Source: an uncultured virus (IMG/VR IMGVR_UViG_3300010885_077351) (Duplodnaviria; Heunggongvirae; Uroviricota; Caudoviricetes). Taken from it: a DNA stretch of 64,000 nt. The notes beneath the pieces are model-generated. The model did not search any database and was not told the origin of the DNA. It was given only the letters and a program-made list of their open reading frames with translations. Below, in pieces: positions 9,501 to 18,438 of this stretch. Position numbers and translations under genes: made by a program. Numbering within the stretch: the stretch's first letter is position 1; the number at the start of each line of letters is the position of its first letter. The stretch lies in IMG/VR virus record IMGVR_UViG_3300010885_077351. The stretch is one strand, 5' to 3'.

Positions 9501-10545
9501 TCAATCAAACTCTGCTACATGGGGGGGTGGTGGAGGTGGGTTGACTATATTTTCTGAAGTTTCTAGTGTAATATCTCCAAATAATATAGTCCCAACTTTT
9601 GGGCTGTCAGCAAGAAGTTTATCAGCCAATGTTGATTTTGCAATAATTCCTAAAGGCACTGGAGCCTTTATCCTTGGGCCTGTTCCAGACAACACTGGCA
9701 CTGGCGGCAACAAACGAGGCCAATATGCAGTCGATTTACAAATCAGCAAGAGTGCTACCGCAGCCAGAGTTGCATCAGGTAATTATTCGTTTCTCGCAGG
9801 CCTTGGTGGTAGTTCTACAGCAGATGCAACTACTTCAATAGGTCAAGGAAATTTAGTCACTTCAAACTATGCAGTTGGACTTGGGTATGGCAACAGTGCC
9901 TCGGGTATTGCCGCAATTTCTCTTGGCTACATCAACAACAATAGCGGCACGGCATCGGTGGCTTTAGGGCAAAGCAATACCACCAGCAACAACCGCAGCT
10001 ACGCTATCGGAAACAGCAATACAGCCAGTGGTGATGCATCAGGCGCGATGGGAGATACATGCACTGCCTCTGCAAAAAGTGCCTTTGCTACAGGGTTGCA
10101 GTCGCAGGCATCACGATATGGGCAAAAGTCACACTCAGCGGGACAATTTGCAGCTGTGGGTGATGCACAATCTGTACAGTTTGTGGTCCGAAACAAGACC
10201 ACCGACAACACAGCTACAACGCTCTTTTTAGATGGTGCGAGTACAAGGCTCACCATTACTAGTGGGCGAATCCTTTCAGGCACAATCAACATTGTCGGTA
10301 GTAAATCAGATGGTACAGCAGTTGCTAGATATTTAAGGCAAGTTGCAATCAAAAATGTTGCTGGTACTACTTCACTAGTTGGTAGTGTTGTTACGCTCGG
10401 CACTGATGAAGCTACAGGAACTAGCATCAGTATCACCGCTGACGACACAAATGACGCTTTAAGTATTCAAGTAACAGGTGTTACTGCTGAGACTTGGCGC
10501 TGGGTAGCAACAGTTGAGGGTGTTGAGTTAGCATATGGAGTATAA
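6595..10545 (+). CDS. Long fibre protein: coiled-coil N-terminal part, Gly linkers, beta-rich domains, 14-aa YadA-head-like repeats
   Basis: Heptad-rich region ~aa 140-460; GYGGGGS; duplicated STTNV.YASGGNSNQWNS.Y.TVQ.NSA.W and YLPLSGG; repeats such as AAISLGYINNNSGT. Confidence 0.8.
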   Translation: MSDKLKILDTNLAFIPTDKGLNYIICKEFKEVFFDIFEINCGGNKIIAEKVDDISGDPVLKLTTEYNNNLYTSLYVLKEGDDNIIFNVNSLDNGRRVFAKEKQILESVAEEENLPDPEPIVEETYITSESASVDIERYKADAIRVINENHSNKKHKIEQLSESLTNLIDERLSELKSSSITDIKGLKSDILKSFDERVSQVEIISDRAVAEANSIRESIEATAELYTNIVTTNADEKTKQLQDLREGVVYDVNTKIAELQTELVNQEAQVNNAFQSIQTFIDESKKQLLEQKTTNITDVEHICNESKQVISENLKRAESLVSNKIGKLQSTADKKINDITALVENRISLFDNRIADINSAIERAENSLQEQISQGLNNILTEAKSHSSILEDKKIEIKELVSKTANELSVLGTGIVEAVEKKVKDFNLVAIKREDLNSLKKQLETRLENESANLKKYVAGYGGGGSVAAQYANGGTMNGSLNIATGQILSGGIDIGTIFGGGSSGVSYLSALNDVSIPSPANGQVLVYSSVLEKWTTGSPASASGQTGYYGSFYDTTAQTLTGANQAKRLNIANTFEANGISLSSNKIVFNNIGTYELIFSIQYKNTSQNQEDIYIWFRKNGVDIPDSSSVFTIPARKNASIPAQLIAVTPFIATLAANDFIEIYWHCNNTAVTVETFTTHTNPTIPDTPGVIITAKQVTNVQLVPTVGAYLPLSGGTVTGVLSTTNVIYASGGNSNQWNSTYSTVQTNSASWNPAGSYLPLSGGVMTGNITRDNGSEGYNLSQSNLSIYYYNAAGSTEMGLNRYSLAFSDSQEGGGSISMVAPNFGNQNFSVTFPRANGNIMTDQSVWENTLPIGWYDAMFYRDGAANTIAQRNGASAQTFRVYNKFTSASIYERGFSKWNSNVFQVGTEKLGTGMSARALGFVTDGTERLNIGVSGAITTTNSVSTTNVMYASGGNSNQWNSSYTTVQSNSATWGGGGGGLTIFSEVSSVISPNNIVPTFGLSARSLSANVDFAIIPKGTGAFILGPVPDNTGTGGNKRGQYAVDLQISKSATAARVASGNYSFLAGLGGSSTADATTSIGQGNLVTSNYAVGLGYGNSASGIAAISLGYINNNSGTASVALGQSNTTSNNRSYAIGNSNTASGDASGAMGDTCTASAKSAFATGLQSQASRYGQKSHSAGQFAAVGDAQSVQFVVRNKTTDNTATTLFLDGASTRLTITSGRILSGTINIVGSKSDGTAVARYLRQVAIKNVAGTTSLVGSVVTLGTDEATGTSISITADDTNDALSIQVTGVTAETWRWVATVEGVELAYGV

Positions 10546-10548
10546 TTT

Positions 10549-10986
10549 ATGAAAACATACGGACTATTACCTGCACAGACTCTCATGAGTCTAACTATAG
10601 ATGACAATGGCGCTTTCGCACCACCACTTGATGATGGTGTAACAACTGTACCACTCGTCAAAATACCCATGCCAGAAATCACCACTACTCAAATCGCTGA
10701 GCCTGTGCTTGTGTGGTTCGATGATCGAGTTGAACGCCAATGGGTGGTGGTCAATAGGACGATGACTGAAGCTGAAATCATAACTGAACGCCGTGCTTTA
10801 ATGGCAGCCGCATTTGATGCTTTACCGCTTGCTATTCAGGCATCTTTTTACTCTTCTCGCATAACTGCTGAAGCGGCGATGGATCGCAACCGATTTGACA
10901 TTGCTCGTACCATCATTGAGGCTGTTGAGGTACCTGTGGAACTTGAAGCTACCAAGGCCACTATCCTGTCTTACTTTCCGAACTAG
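10549..10986 (+). CDS. Probable fibre assembly/accessory protein
   Basis: 3 nt after the fibre stop; shares the locally raised GC. Confidence 0.55.
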   Translation: MKTYGLLPAQTLMSLTIDDNGAFAPPLDDGVTTVPLVKIPMPEITTTQIAEPVLVWFDDRVERQWVVVNRTMTEAEIITERRALMAAAFDALPLAIQASFYSSRITAEAAMDRNRFDIARTIIEAVEVPVELEATKATILSYFPN

Positions 10987-11001
10987 TGGTTAGTAAACCT
11001 A

Positions 11002-11259
11002 TCAATATGCTGATTTACTAAGCATATTGATGTACTTAGCTTCAAGGTCTCTATATCTTGTATCTGAATGCCAAACCTCTTTAGTTTGAGCCTGATAGCG
11101 ACCTTCCACTGTCTGTACTGGTGTTCCCTGCACAAGCGTTATGGTAGTGGGCTGATATATGTTTAAACCTTGCGACTTCGAGCTCGAGTTCTGACAACAG
11201 CTGGTCAGCAACATTAGTGTTGTTATTGCGACCAGCGTTGCGGTTTTGATTGATTTCAT
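11002..11259 (-). CDS. Lipoprotein, probable o-spanin (Rz1-like)
   Basis: MKSIK + hydrophobic stretch + lipobox LLTS-C; starts inside the upstream ORF in another frame. Confidence 0.65.
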   Translation of the reverse strand: MKSIKTATLVAITTLMLLTSCCQNSSSKSQGLNIYQPTTITLVQGTPVQTVEGRYQAQTKEVWHSDTRYRDLEAKYINMLSKSAY

Positions 11260-11383
11260 CGGTTATTTTCTTCTTACGTGCTTGATGCTTTTCTTCTATA
11301 TCATAATAGAAGGACTTATTCTTTAGCTCTAAATAAAGAGCTAAAGCTTTACATAAGTTTGCAAGTAATGCAATTACCTGCAT
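11081..11383 (-). CDS. Probable i-spanin (Rz-like)
   Basis: Moderately hydrophobic N-terminus then a charged helical region; 179-nt out-of-frame overlap with the lipoprotein gene. Confidence 0.5.
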   Translation of the reverse strand: MQVIALLANLCKALALYLELKNKSFYYDIEEKHQARKKKITDEINQNRNAGRNNNTNVADQLLSELELEVARFKHISAHYHNACAGNTSTDSGRSLSGSN

Positions 11384-11574
11384 TATTGCTTTGCTTTACC
11401 GATATTGAGAGCAAGCAATTCGATGAACTTATATGCCTTACCCCAGATTGTTTTAGGATCAGGTGTTGGTGTAAGTGCGCAAATTGCTGAAGCCAAAACG
11501 ACTACAGCTGATGCTACTTGAAAATATGGGTTACCACTAAATGTTGTAACGATGTATGTGATTGTGTTTTCCAT
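11383..11574 (-). CDS. Probable holin-like membrane protein
   Basis: 63 aa, hydrophobic FQVASAVVVLASAICALTPTP, basic tail IGKAKQ; late box 5 nt upstream; leads the spanin-like pair. Confidence 0.55.
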   Translation of the reverse strand: MENTITYIVTTFSGNPYFQVASAVVVLASAICALTPTPDPKTIWGKAYKFIELLALNIGKAKQ

Positions 11575-11587
11575 ACAAGTATTTAGT

Positions 11588-12085
11588 CTAATAATAGAAT
11601 TTTATCTTCAGCGCATTGAACTCCTTATTTTTTTGTTTGAGCTCTAACATACCTTTATAGGTTTTAATTGCACTTTGCAGCATTAACTTAGTATAGCTCC
11701 TCGTATCATGTTCAAGAGGGCACTTATAATATTCTAATCCATCTGGTTTAAAATTTTTACTAAAACTTACTTTTAGTAATTTGTCTTGTGTCCAATGCTT
11801 GAACTCATGTACAAAGTAATTGATAAACCGTCTCAATTTATAGGATTGTTTATAATTAGTAAACGGGTGGATGCATATTACATTGGTTTTCCAAACATAA
11901 TGACTCCATGGATTAACTTTATCCGGATAACGTGATACATCAACCTTAAGTTGATACTTTCTATCAAGCTGATACTCGCAAATGTTGTTTACGAGTATCG
12001 TCATGCACTGCGACATTACATCAAAATCAACAAACTCAAACTCTTTTTTAGCCGCTCTGGTTGGTTTGAGAGTAATTTGAATCAT
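11588..12085 (-). CDS. HEXXH zinc-metallopeptidase-like protein
   Basis: FVHEFKHWTQ with downstream Y...PLEHD. Confidence 0.55.
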   Translation of the reverse strand: MIQITLKPTRAAKKEFEFVDFDVMSQCMTILVNNICEYQLDRKYQLKVDVSRYPDKVNPWSHYVWKTNVICIHPFTNYKQSYKLRRFINYFVHEFKHWTQDKLLKVSFSKNFKPDGLEYYKCPLEHDTRSYTKLMLQSAIKTYKGMLELKQKNKEFNALKIKFYY

Positions 12086-12489
12086 ACAATTGTAGATGGT
12101 TCGAAGAAATCGTCTTCTAAAGGTAATGCAAACACAAATTTTTCGTCATCCTCTTTATCAATAATAGATTCGATAATAGTTGATAACATAATTGGATTAC
12201 TAAGATATCGGTCATATTCTGACCTACCAAATCCAATGAGCTCAAATGCTCCATTATACATCTCTGCGTAACCATATACTGAATTTGACTTGCTTGCATA
12301 TTCTTTAACAAGCATATTAGCATAATTATCTGCAATACGCCTAAATGCTGTTATCTTATAGGGTGGTGTGTTTTTCATAATATATCGCTTTGCAGCAATA
12401 CACCTGGTTGTTTCATCACCCCATTTAAGACTTTTGATCATTGACCAAAAGTCGAACTCATGCAACTTATCAAGTTGATTAATACTCAT
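12082..12489 (-). CDS. Hypothetical protein
   Basis: 135 aa; ATGA overlaps with both neighbours. Confidence 0.7.
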   Translation of the reverse strand: MSINQLDKLHEFDFWSMIKSLKWGDETTRCIAAKRYIMKNTPPYKITAFRRIADNYANMLVKEYASKSNSVYGYAEMYNGAFELIGFGRSEYDRYLSNPIMLSTIIESIIDKEDDEKFVFALPLEDDFFEPSTIV

Positions 12490-13188
12490 TCTTTATTTTT
12501 TTCTTTGCTTTTTGTGTATGTTTCTAACATTAATTCTACTTCTAACTTCATATAAGGTACATTAAATGAAATGAACTTATCTTCCTTCAAATACAGTATA
12601 TGTAAGTTCCTTACCTTCTTATTTGTAAGTTTTTCATTTAAATATGCGTAAATTGAAAGTTGTAATGCATATACATTATACTCACAGTATGATAGGAAAT
12701 CAAGAGGTGAAAGTAAATATTCTCCATATTTTGAATATGCTGTAATCACCTTATTGGTCTTGTAATCAAGTACAGAAAAGGAATCTTCGTGATCATACAA
12801 TAAGTCGCAAGTACCAGATTTTATAGTGATCATTCCAGAGTAGCTTTTCAGCATGCACTTGCTTACATTTACCGACAAGTAGTTCTCTCTGCTTTTCGAA
12901 TGACTTATATAACCAAGTATAATCCTTCTCAGTCTCACCGAATCTCACGTAGTTCTCTAAGAGAGCGTGTATGTTCTTACCTTTAACGATACTCTTATCT
13001 TTTTCTTGCTCCCAAATATCTAAAACAAAATCAACAGTAAGACCTTCTCGCTTTGCAACCCGGGTGGCATGTACAAGAGAATCAAAAGGCTTTTTGAATT
13101 TAGATATAAGTTGCGTTGCGGAAGTATAGATCTCACCAGTAATCGTGTTTCGATACGTGTGGGTTACTTCGTCAAATTTAATATGCAT
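12486..13188 (-). CDS. PD-(D/E)XK exonuclease, frameshifted at ~12816-12822
   Basis: HTY...YTSATQLI, GKNIHALLE, AEKLLW in one frame; SGTCDLL, LDYKTNK, YALQLSIYAY in another. Confidence 0.8.
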
Positions 13189-13194
13189 TACCTA

Positions 13195-13222
13195 ATTATA
13201 GGTTATGTTCCTTTTAAATCAA
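13195..13222 (-). promoter_or_regulatory. sigma70-like early/middle promoter
   Basis: TTGATT-N16-TATAAT, 6 nt before ATG 13188. Confidence 0.7.
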
Positions 13223-13227
13223 CTTTA

Positions 13228-15182
13228 TCAACCGAAACTACCAACGATATTACCACCAATGTTAGCAACCCAAATAGTTGCTATTGCATTTGAAACCATC
13301 GCTGTACCTCCTCCTGATACTGCGATACCTGTTGTTGTTAATGGTACTGTTCCAGTTAACGCAGGTGTATTAGATACGTACTTAACAGTAACTGTTCTAG
13401 GTCCACCTGATCGGTTAAATACAAAAATTTTCACTTCACGGCCTACATACTCATATATGTTAGAAATATGAATATTAGGTGTGGTATCTGACCCGGTATA
13501 AATTACATGATGTAATTGTGCTGTTCCTGCATCAATATCTATTGGATCTGTCGTGACTGCACCTGCTACAGCAGTTGAGTAGTTATATGATTGAGCACTT
13601 AAATTAGTTAATTGGGTATTAGTAGCAGTTAATGTTGTAAATGACGCATTTGTACCTGTAATATTTGTAACTCTTGTATTTATTCCGGTTAGACTTGTAA
13701 CTATAGCTTTATTACTTGCTATATTACCAGTTGTAGATAGGTTATTAACATATGTATATTCTGCTAACGTAGCTGTAATATTTGAACCAATAATGAATGT
13801 ATTTGCTTGGTTGTTGGTATTATTATTGATACCACACGCGATAAATGAATATTGTCCAGTTGCCCTGTTATTATCACCACCTCCAACTGTTGAATAATCA
13901 CCAACTGCAGATACACTATTACCACCTCCAACTGTTGCAGCATATCCAGATGCAGTGCTTCCAGAACCACCTCCAACTGTCGAATATTGTCCAGTTGCCC
14001 TGTTATTATCACCTCCACCGACGGTTGCATAAAAATTAGACGCTTTATTATTTTTACCACCTCCAACTGTTGAATAATCACCATCTGCAATATTACTGCT
14101 ACCCCCACCAACAGTTGATCTTGCACCAACTGCAGAGACACTGACACCACCACCAACAGTTGAATAACTATTACTAGATGTGTTGTTATATCCACCAGCA
14201 ATTGTTGCATAATCATAACTTGAATATTATCTTCACCTCCTCCAACAGTTGACCTATCACCACTTGCAATATTACTGTTACCACCACCAACAGTTGAATA
14301 ACTATTACTAGATGTGTTGTTATACCCACCAACAGTTGTTGATTGATTTCCAGACGCTCTATTTCTGGAACCACCTCCGATTGTTGACTGGGTGCCAGTA
14401 GCTCTATTACTTAACCCACCACCGATTGTTGAGTACTCACCTGAACTAACTAAATTGCCAGATCCACCTGCTACAATCGAATAATTGCTTGACACTCGAT
14501 TATAATTACCACTACCTATAAATGTGTAACTCCCACTTGCTTCGTTACCTATACCATTAACAATAGTTGAGTAAAAACCTCCAGATGCAGTATTACTAGA
14601 TCCACCAACAATTACTGCAGTATTTCCAGAAGCAGTGTTAGCGACACCACCCGCAATTACAGAGTAGTTGCCGCTTGCAACTTGAGTTCCAAATAATCTT
14701 GATTTTTGAAAATCTGTAGCATATTGACCACGCGTGGTACCACCAACATTATCAAGAGTTGGAATCTGAGCGAGAGTTGCACCAGTACCTTTAGCAATTA
14801 ATGCAGCAGCTACGTTAGCTGATAGTGAAATTACACTAAGTGCATAAACATTTGTACTATCATTTGGTGATATAGTGGAACTAACTTCTCTGAAAAGTGT
14901 AAGACCTGCTCCTGCTGCTCCTGCTCCCCAACTACCTGAAAAGGTACTTACTGTAGTGTAAGTGGATTGCCAATTACCACTTACATTAGATAAAAAAGTT
15001 TGTGAATCATTAAAGGATGTAATCGGTGTGTATTTACCCACAACAACCTTGGATGATATATCATTATAAAGTGTACTATATGTAACTTTTTGCGTAATAT
15101 TGTTACTTACAAGAGGAAAAACATCATTATCAAGGGGTGTACCACCTAATAATGGGAGTTGTGAAATTGATACTTCGGACAT
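13228..15182 (-). CDS. Fibre protein with 15-aa GGG-x-x-N-x-A repeats (~651 aa), 1-nt deletion at ~14222
   Basis: MSEVSISQLP fibre-type N-terminus; repeats like YSTVGGGDNNRATGQ. The second frame is open from 14220 to the stop at 13228 (checked codon by codon to 13434, where it joins the tracked ORF). Confidence 0.8.
14146..14324. repeat. 45-bp identical direct repeat (14146-14190 and 14280-14324) inside the fibre gene
   Basis: ACCACCACCAACAGTTGAATAACTATTACTAGATGTGTTGTTATA twice, 134 nt apart; another pair at 13847/13982 is 135 nt apart. Confidence 0.85.
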
Positions 15183-15190
15183 AATAATAT

Positions 15191-15727
15191 TTAATTGACA
15201 CTACTTGCTGTGATTACAGGTATAATATAAAACTCTTTATCTGTCTGTAAATTAAGTAAGGTATTTGAGGTTGAAAGGGGTAAAATTTGAGTGTTAACGA
15301 TTTTAAGATCATTTACCCTATCATACAATGATGGTTTTGCTACTTTGATAGGTAAAATAAATTGACCTACCACCGTATTTAAATATGTTAGTTGAACATT
15401 AATAACATATTTGTTAAAATATGCAGATGATGTTGGGTTATATGTATGGTTATATTCCAAGCAAACAGACCAACCTTTATTATAGAGTAGTTCTGGTATT
15501 ATACTTTCATTATAATAATCTAGATAAATATCCGTATTATAAGTTTCAACAGTTCCATCACCCCAATCAATGGTAAGTGTTTTCACTCTAAATATATCCT
15601 CGTTAATATTAATTAAATTAAGGTTAACTAATGTATTACTTTTAACGGTAAACTCATCATGAAGTATAGAAAAATCACCTTGTGTGGTGAATGCATCTGC
15701 TGAAAGAATTTTGGTGATGGAACTCAT
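15191..15727 (-). CDS. Structural protein with a PKD-like motif
   Basis: IDWGDG...HTY; last gene of the baseplate run. Confidence 0.6.
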   Translation of the reverse strand: MSSITKILSADAFTTQGDFSILHDEFTVKSNTLVNLNLININEDIFRVKTLTIDWGDGTVETYNTDIYLDYYNESIIPELLYNKGWSVCLEYNHTYNPTSSAYFNKYVINVQLTYLNTVVGQFILPIKVAKPSLYDRVNDLKIVNTQILPLSTSNTLLNLQTDKEFYIIPVITASSVN

Positions 15728-18423
15728 AGTTGTAGATAACCGTCTTGATTGTTTAGTATAATACCACCTGCAATTGTAGAACTGATACTGTAGTTAAACG
15801 TGTTATAATATAACGCTTGATTACCTGGTATTATTGTAATAAATACCGACCCACGACCATCACTCAAAGAATAAAAGTTACTAGTAACTTTGTAAGATCC
15901 AGTATCATAAAAATTAGAATATTTAAACGTTAGATCTTCCCCATTATATTCAAATTTGTGATCAAATATATAAGGTGATTTATTACTATCATAACCAATA
16001 AAGTTTATGCAGTATAGATCATTAGATTTATTATATGCTATTTGCTGGCTACCAACTTCAACTATGTTTGCAGATATTGAATTGACACCAGCAAAACTAA
16101 AGTTTGAAGATACCGAATTAACTGTGGTAAATTGTGTGGGAAATAATTTAGTTAATGAATGTTTGTCAATATCAAATTTATAAATCTCTGGGTATATAAT
16201 TTTGTTGTAATCATTTTGAAATGTACTTAAAACAGCTGTTTTGCAAAATATAATAATATTTTTTGTATTATCAAAAAAGAGATTACTTACCCCTTCAAAT
16301 GGGTTTGAATTATCCGTAGATAGATAGATGTTAAATGTAGTTGGTTTTATAAAACCAGTTTCGTTATATGATATTTTATCAAATACAATATAGGTTGGGG
16401 TTCTAACTACTATAGTATTATAAAACAGATCAAATCCTAATACATTATTACCATATAGTTCAGTTCTTATAGGTTGTGGATATTTACTAAATACTATATT
16501 AAGAGCTGATGATAGTGGTGAAACGATACCTGTTATCGTATCTCTTACATAAATTGTACCACTCAACTTTTCTTTTTCAGTTATAGTTTTAACTGTGTAA
16601 TCTCCAGTGATGCTGCTAAATTCTGTTCTTGAACCACTAACAGGTACAACACGTAAAAGTGTTGTGTTAAAAAATTCTGGAAACAGATTATATGATGCAG
16701 GTATACCCTGGTAAGGGGAAAATTCTCTAAAGTTGAGATAATAATCAAAAGATGGGTCTGAAAAACTACCACCACTTAATGATATACCAGATTTAATTAC
16801 ACTATCAAATCCATTATAAATGCCACTCTCACTAAAATTAAAGTTAGCACCTGATATTGGATCATTAAACAACCACCCATTAAATGGTAGCATTTTTACT
16901 ATAGAACCAGTATCAACAATATCTGAAAATGAATAAAAAGCTTTGGAAAACTCACCATTTTTACCTTTTATAATTCCATATTCATTACCATAAACATCCT
17001 TTTTCAGATCCTGTACATATCCTAAATCAAATAGAGATGAAAATGATGATTGTAATGCTTTATCATTTACTTGATCTGCTTCAAATGTTTGTTGGGTTGA
17101 ATAATACGCGTAAAAATTTTGACTCGTTGGTGTATCTAATGGATCACCAAAAGTATTAGTATTTTGCTGTAAATTTAATAAGGATGTTGTATCATAATAA
17201 AAAACGATAGGGTAATGTGAATCATACCCTTTCCCGTATAATTCTGGATCCGGGTATACATATGTAATATTTGGTTGAAGTGAATTTACATCAACTATAT
17301 ATTTGTTTTGCGTTTTGTTAAATCTTATAGCACTTTGTTTTTCAGGTGCAAAATAAAGACCAACTTTTCTTAATGACCTTAATTGATCAGACATTAATGT
17401 AGCTGTTGATGCATTACCTACATTTAAAAGGTTACCTGATGGGTTATCCGCTTCAAACAATAACCCTGAAGATATTTCATCAAACTCATTTTTAACAATA
17501 TAGTAATAATCAACACCTATAAACTTACGAATAAGATCTCCTCTAAGTTGTCTATATTGTTCTGGTGTAACACCACCAACTGTTCGCTGTTCTAAAAAAT
17601 CACCTATAGGGTTATCTGGTTGACAGATAGGATCATATGTGATATTTGTGTTAATCGTAAAGTTTTTACCTATTTGTGTTAAAAATGTTAGATTAAAAAT
17701 ATTTTTCCTAAGAAACTCTGCAAGGTCAATAAAGTCGATATAATCAACACTATTGGTATTAGCACTATAAAATGTTTCACGATTAATACCACCAAAATCA
17801 AAGTTAGCACTTGGTTGTGCTGGTAGATCGAAATAATTATCATATTCATCTACAAGATCATCTATTTGTATTTTAATGTTACTATTTACAGAAGATAAAT
17901 CTATATTGAGGCTTGCAAATCTATCACTATTAAGAAGATATCTAATGATATTATCTCTTAAAGCAACCTGCACACTACTCTCAGTACCCTTACGTTTATT
18001 CCTTTCTACCTGGAAAGTAACTCTATCGCGGGATGTTTTATATAATAATACAATCTCTTTAATTTTACGTGCAAAGAACGGAATTGCAATTTCAAGATCT
18101 TCAGGATCTGTAAAATCAATATTTGAAAGGAATCGTCTCTCCTGTAACGTTGAATATGTTAATGCTACTTCTCTTAATAAATCAGTATATTGTGCATTAA
18201 TTATAACCTGTTCATCAACAACAATACTAGATTTTACATTTGACCAACGCTTTAAATATAGAATGTAAAACTCATTATAAACTTTTGGTGTATAGTTATT
18301 GTTTGTATTTTTAAGAAATTCAATAAATGAAAATGGTTGTAAAAAATCACCGTATGCAATACTATTAGGTGTTACAATAGAATTTTGTACTTCTTCAAAT
18401 TCAAATGTTAATAACTGATCCAT
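15724..18423 (-). CDS. Large baseplate-associated structural protein
   Basis: 899 aa downstream of the gp6-like and PKD genes; TAAATA 7 nt upstream. Confidence 0.65.
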   Translation of the reverse strand: MDQLLTFEFEEVQNSIVTPNSIAYGDFLQPFSFIEFLKNTNNNYTPKVYNEFYILYLKRWSNVKSSIVVDEQVIINAQYTDLLREVALTYSTLQERRFLSNIDFTDPEDLEIAIPFFARKIKEIVLLYKTSRDRVTFQVERNKRKGTESSVQVALRDNIIRYLLNSDRFASLNIDLSSVNSNIKIQIDDLVDEYDNYFDLPAQPSANFDFGGINRETFYSANTNSVDYIDFIDLAEFLRKNIFNLTFLTQIGKNFTINTNITYDPICQPDNPIGDFLEQRTVGGVTPEQYRQLRGDLIRKFIGVDYYYIVKNEFDEISSGLLFEADNPSGNLLNVGNASTATLMSDQLRSLRKVGLYFAPEKQSAIRFNKTQNKYIVDVNSLQPNITYVYPDPELYGKGYDSHYPIVFYYDTTSLLNLQQNTNTFGDPLDTPTSQNFYAYYSTQQTFEADQVNDKALQSSFSSLFDLGYVQDLKKDVYGNEYGIIKGKNGEFSKAFYSFSDIVDTGSIVKMLPFNGWLFNDPISGANFNFSESGIYNGFDSVIKSGISLSGGSFSDPSFDYYLNFREFSPYQGIPASYNLFPEFFNTTLLRVVPVSGSRTEFSSITGDYTVKTITEKEKLSGTIYVRDTITGIVSPLSSALNIVFSKYPQPIRTELYGNNVLGFDLFYNTIVVRTPTYIVFDKISYNETGFIKPTTFNIYLSTDNSNPFEGVSNLFFDNTKNIIIFCKTAVLSTFQNDYNKIIYPEIYKFDIDKHSLTKLFPTQFTTVNSVSSNFSFAGVNSISANIVEVGSQQIAYNKSNDLYCINFIGYDSNKSPYIFDHKFEYNGEDLTFKYSNFYDTGSYKVTSNFYSLSDGRGSVFITIIPGNQALYYNTFNYSISSTIAGGIILNNQDGYLQL

Positions 18424-18438
18424 CTATCAATATTTAAT

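Noticed and set aside
13847..14700. CRISPR-like periodic repeats
   Set aside because: The 45-nt periodicity is the 15-aa coding repeat; there is no repeat-spacer structure or cas gene.
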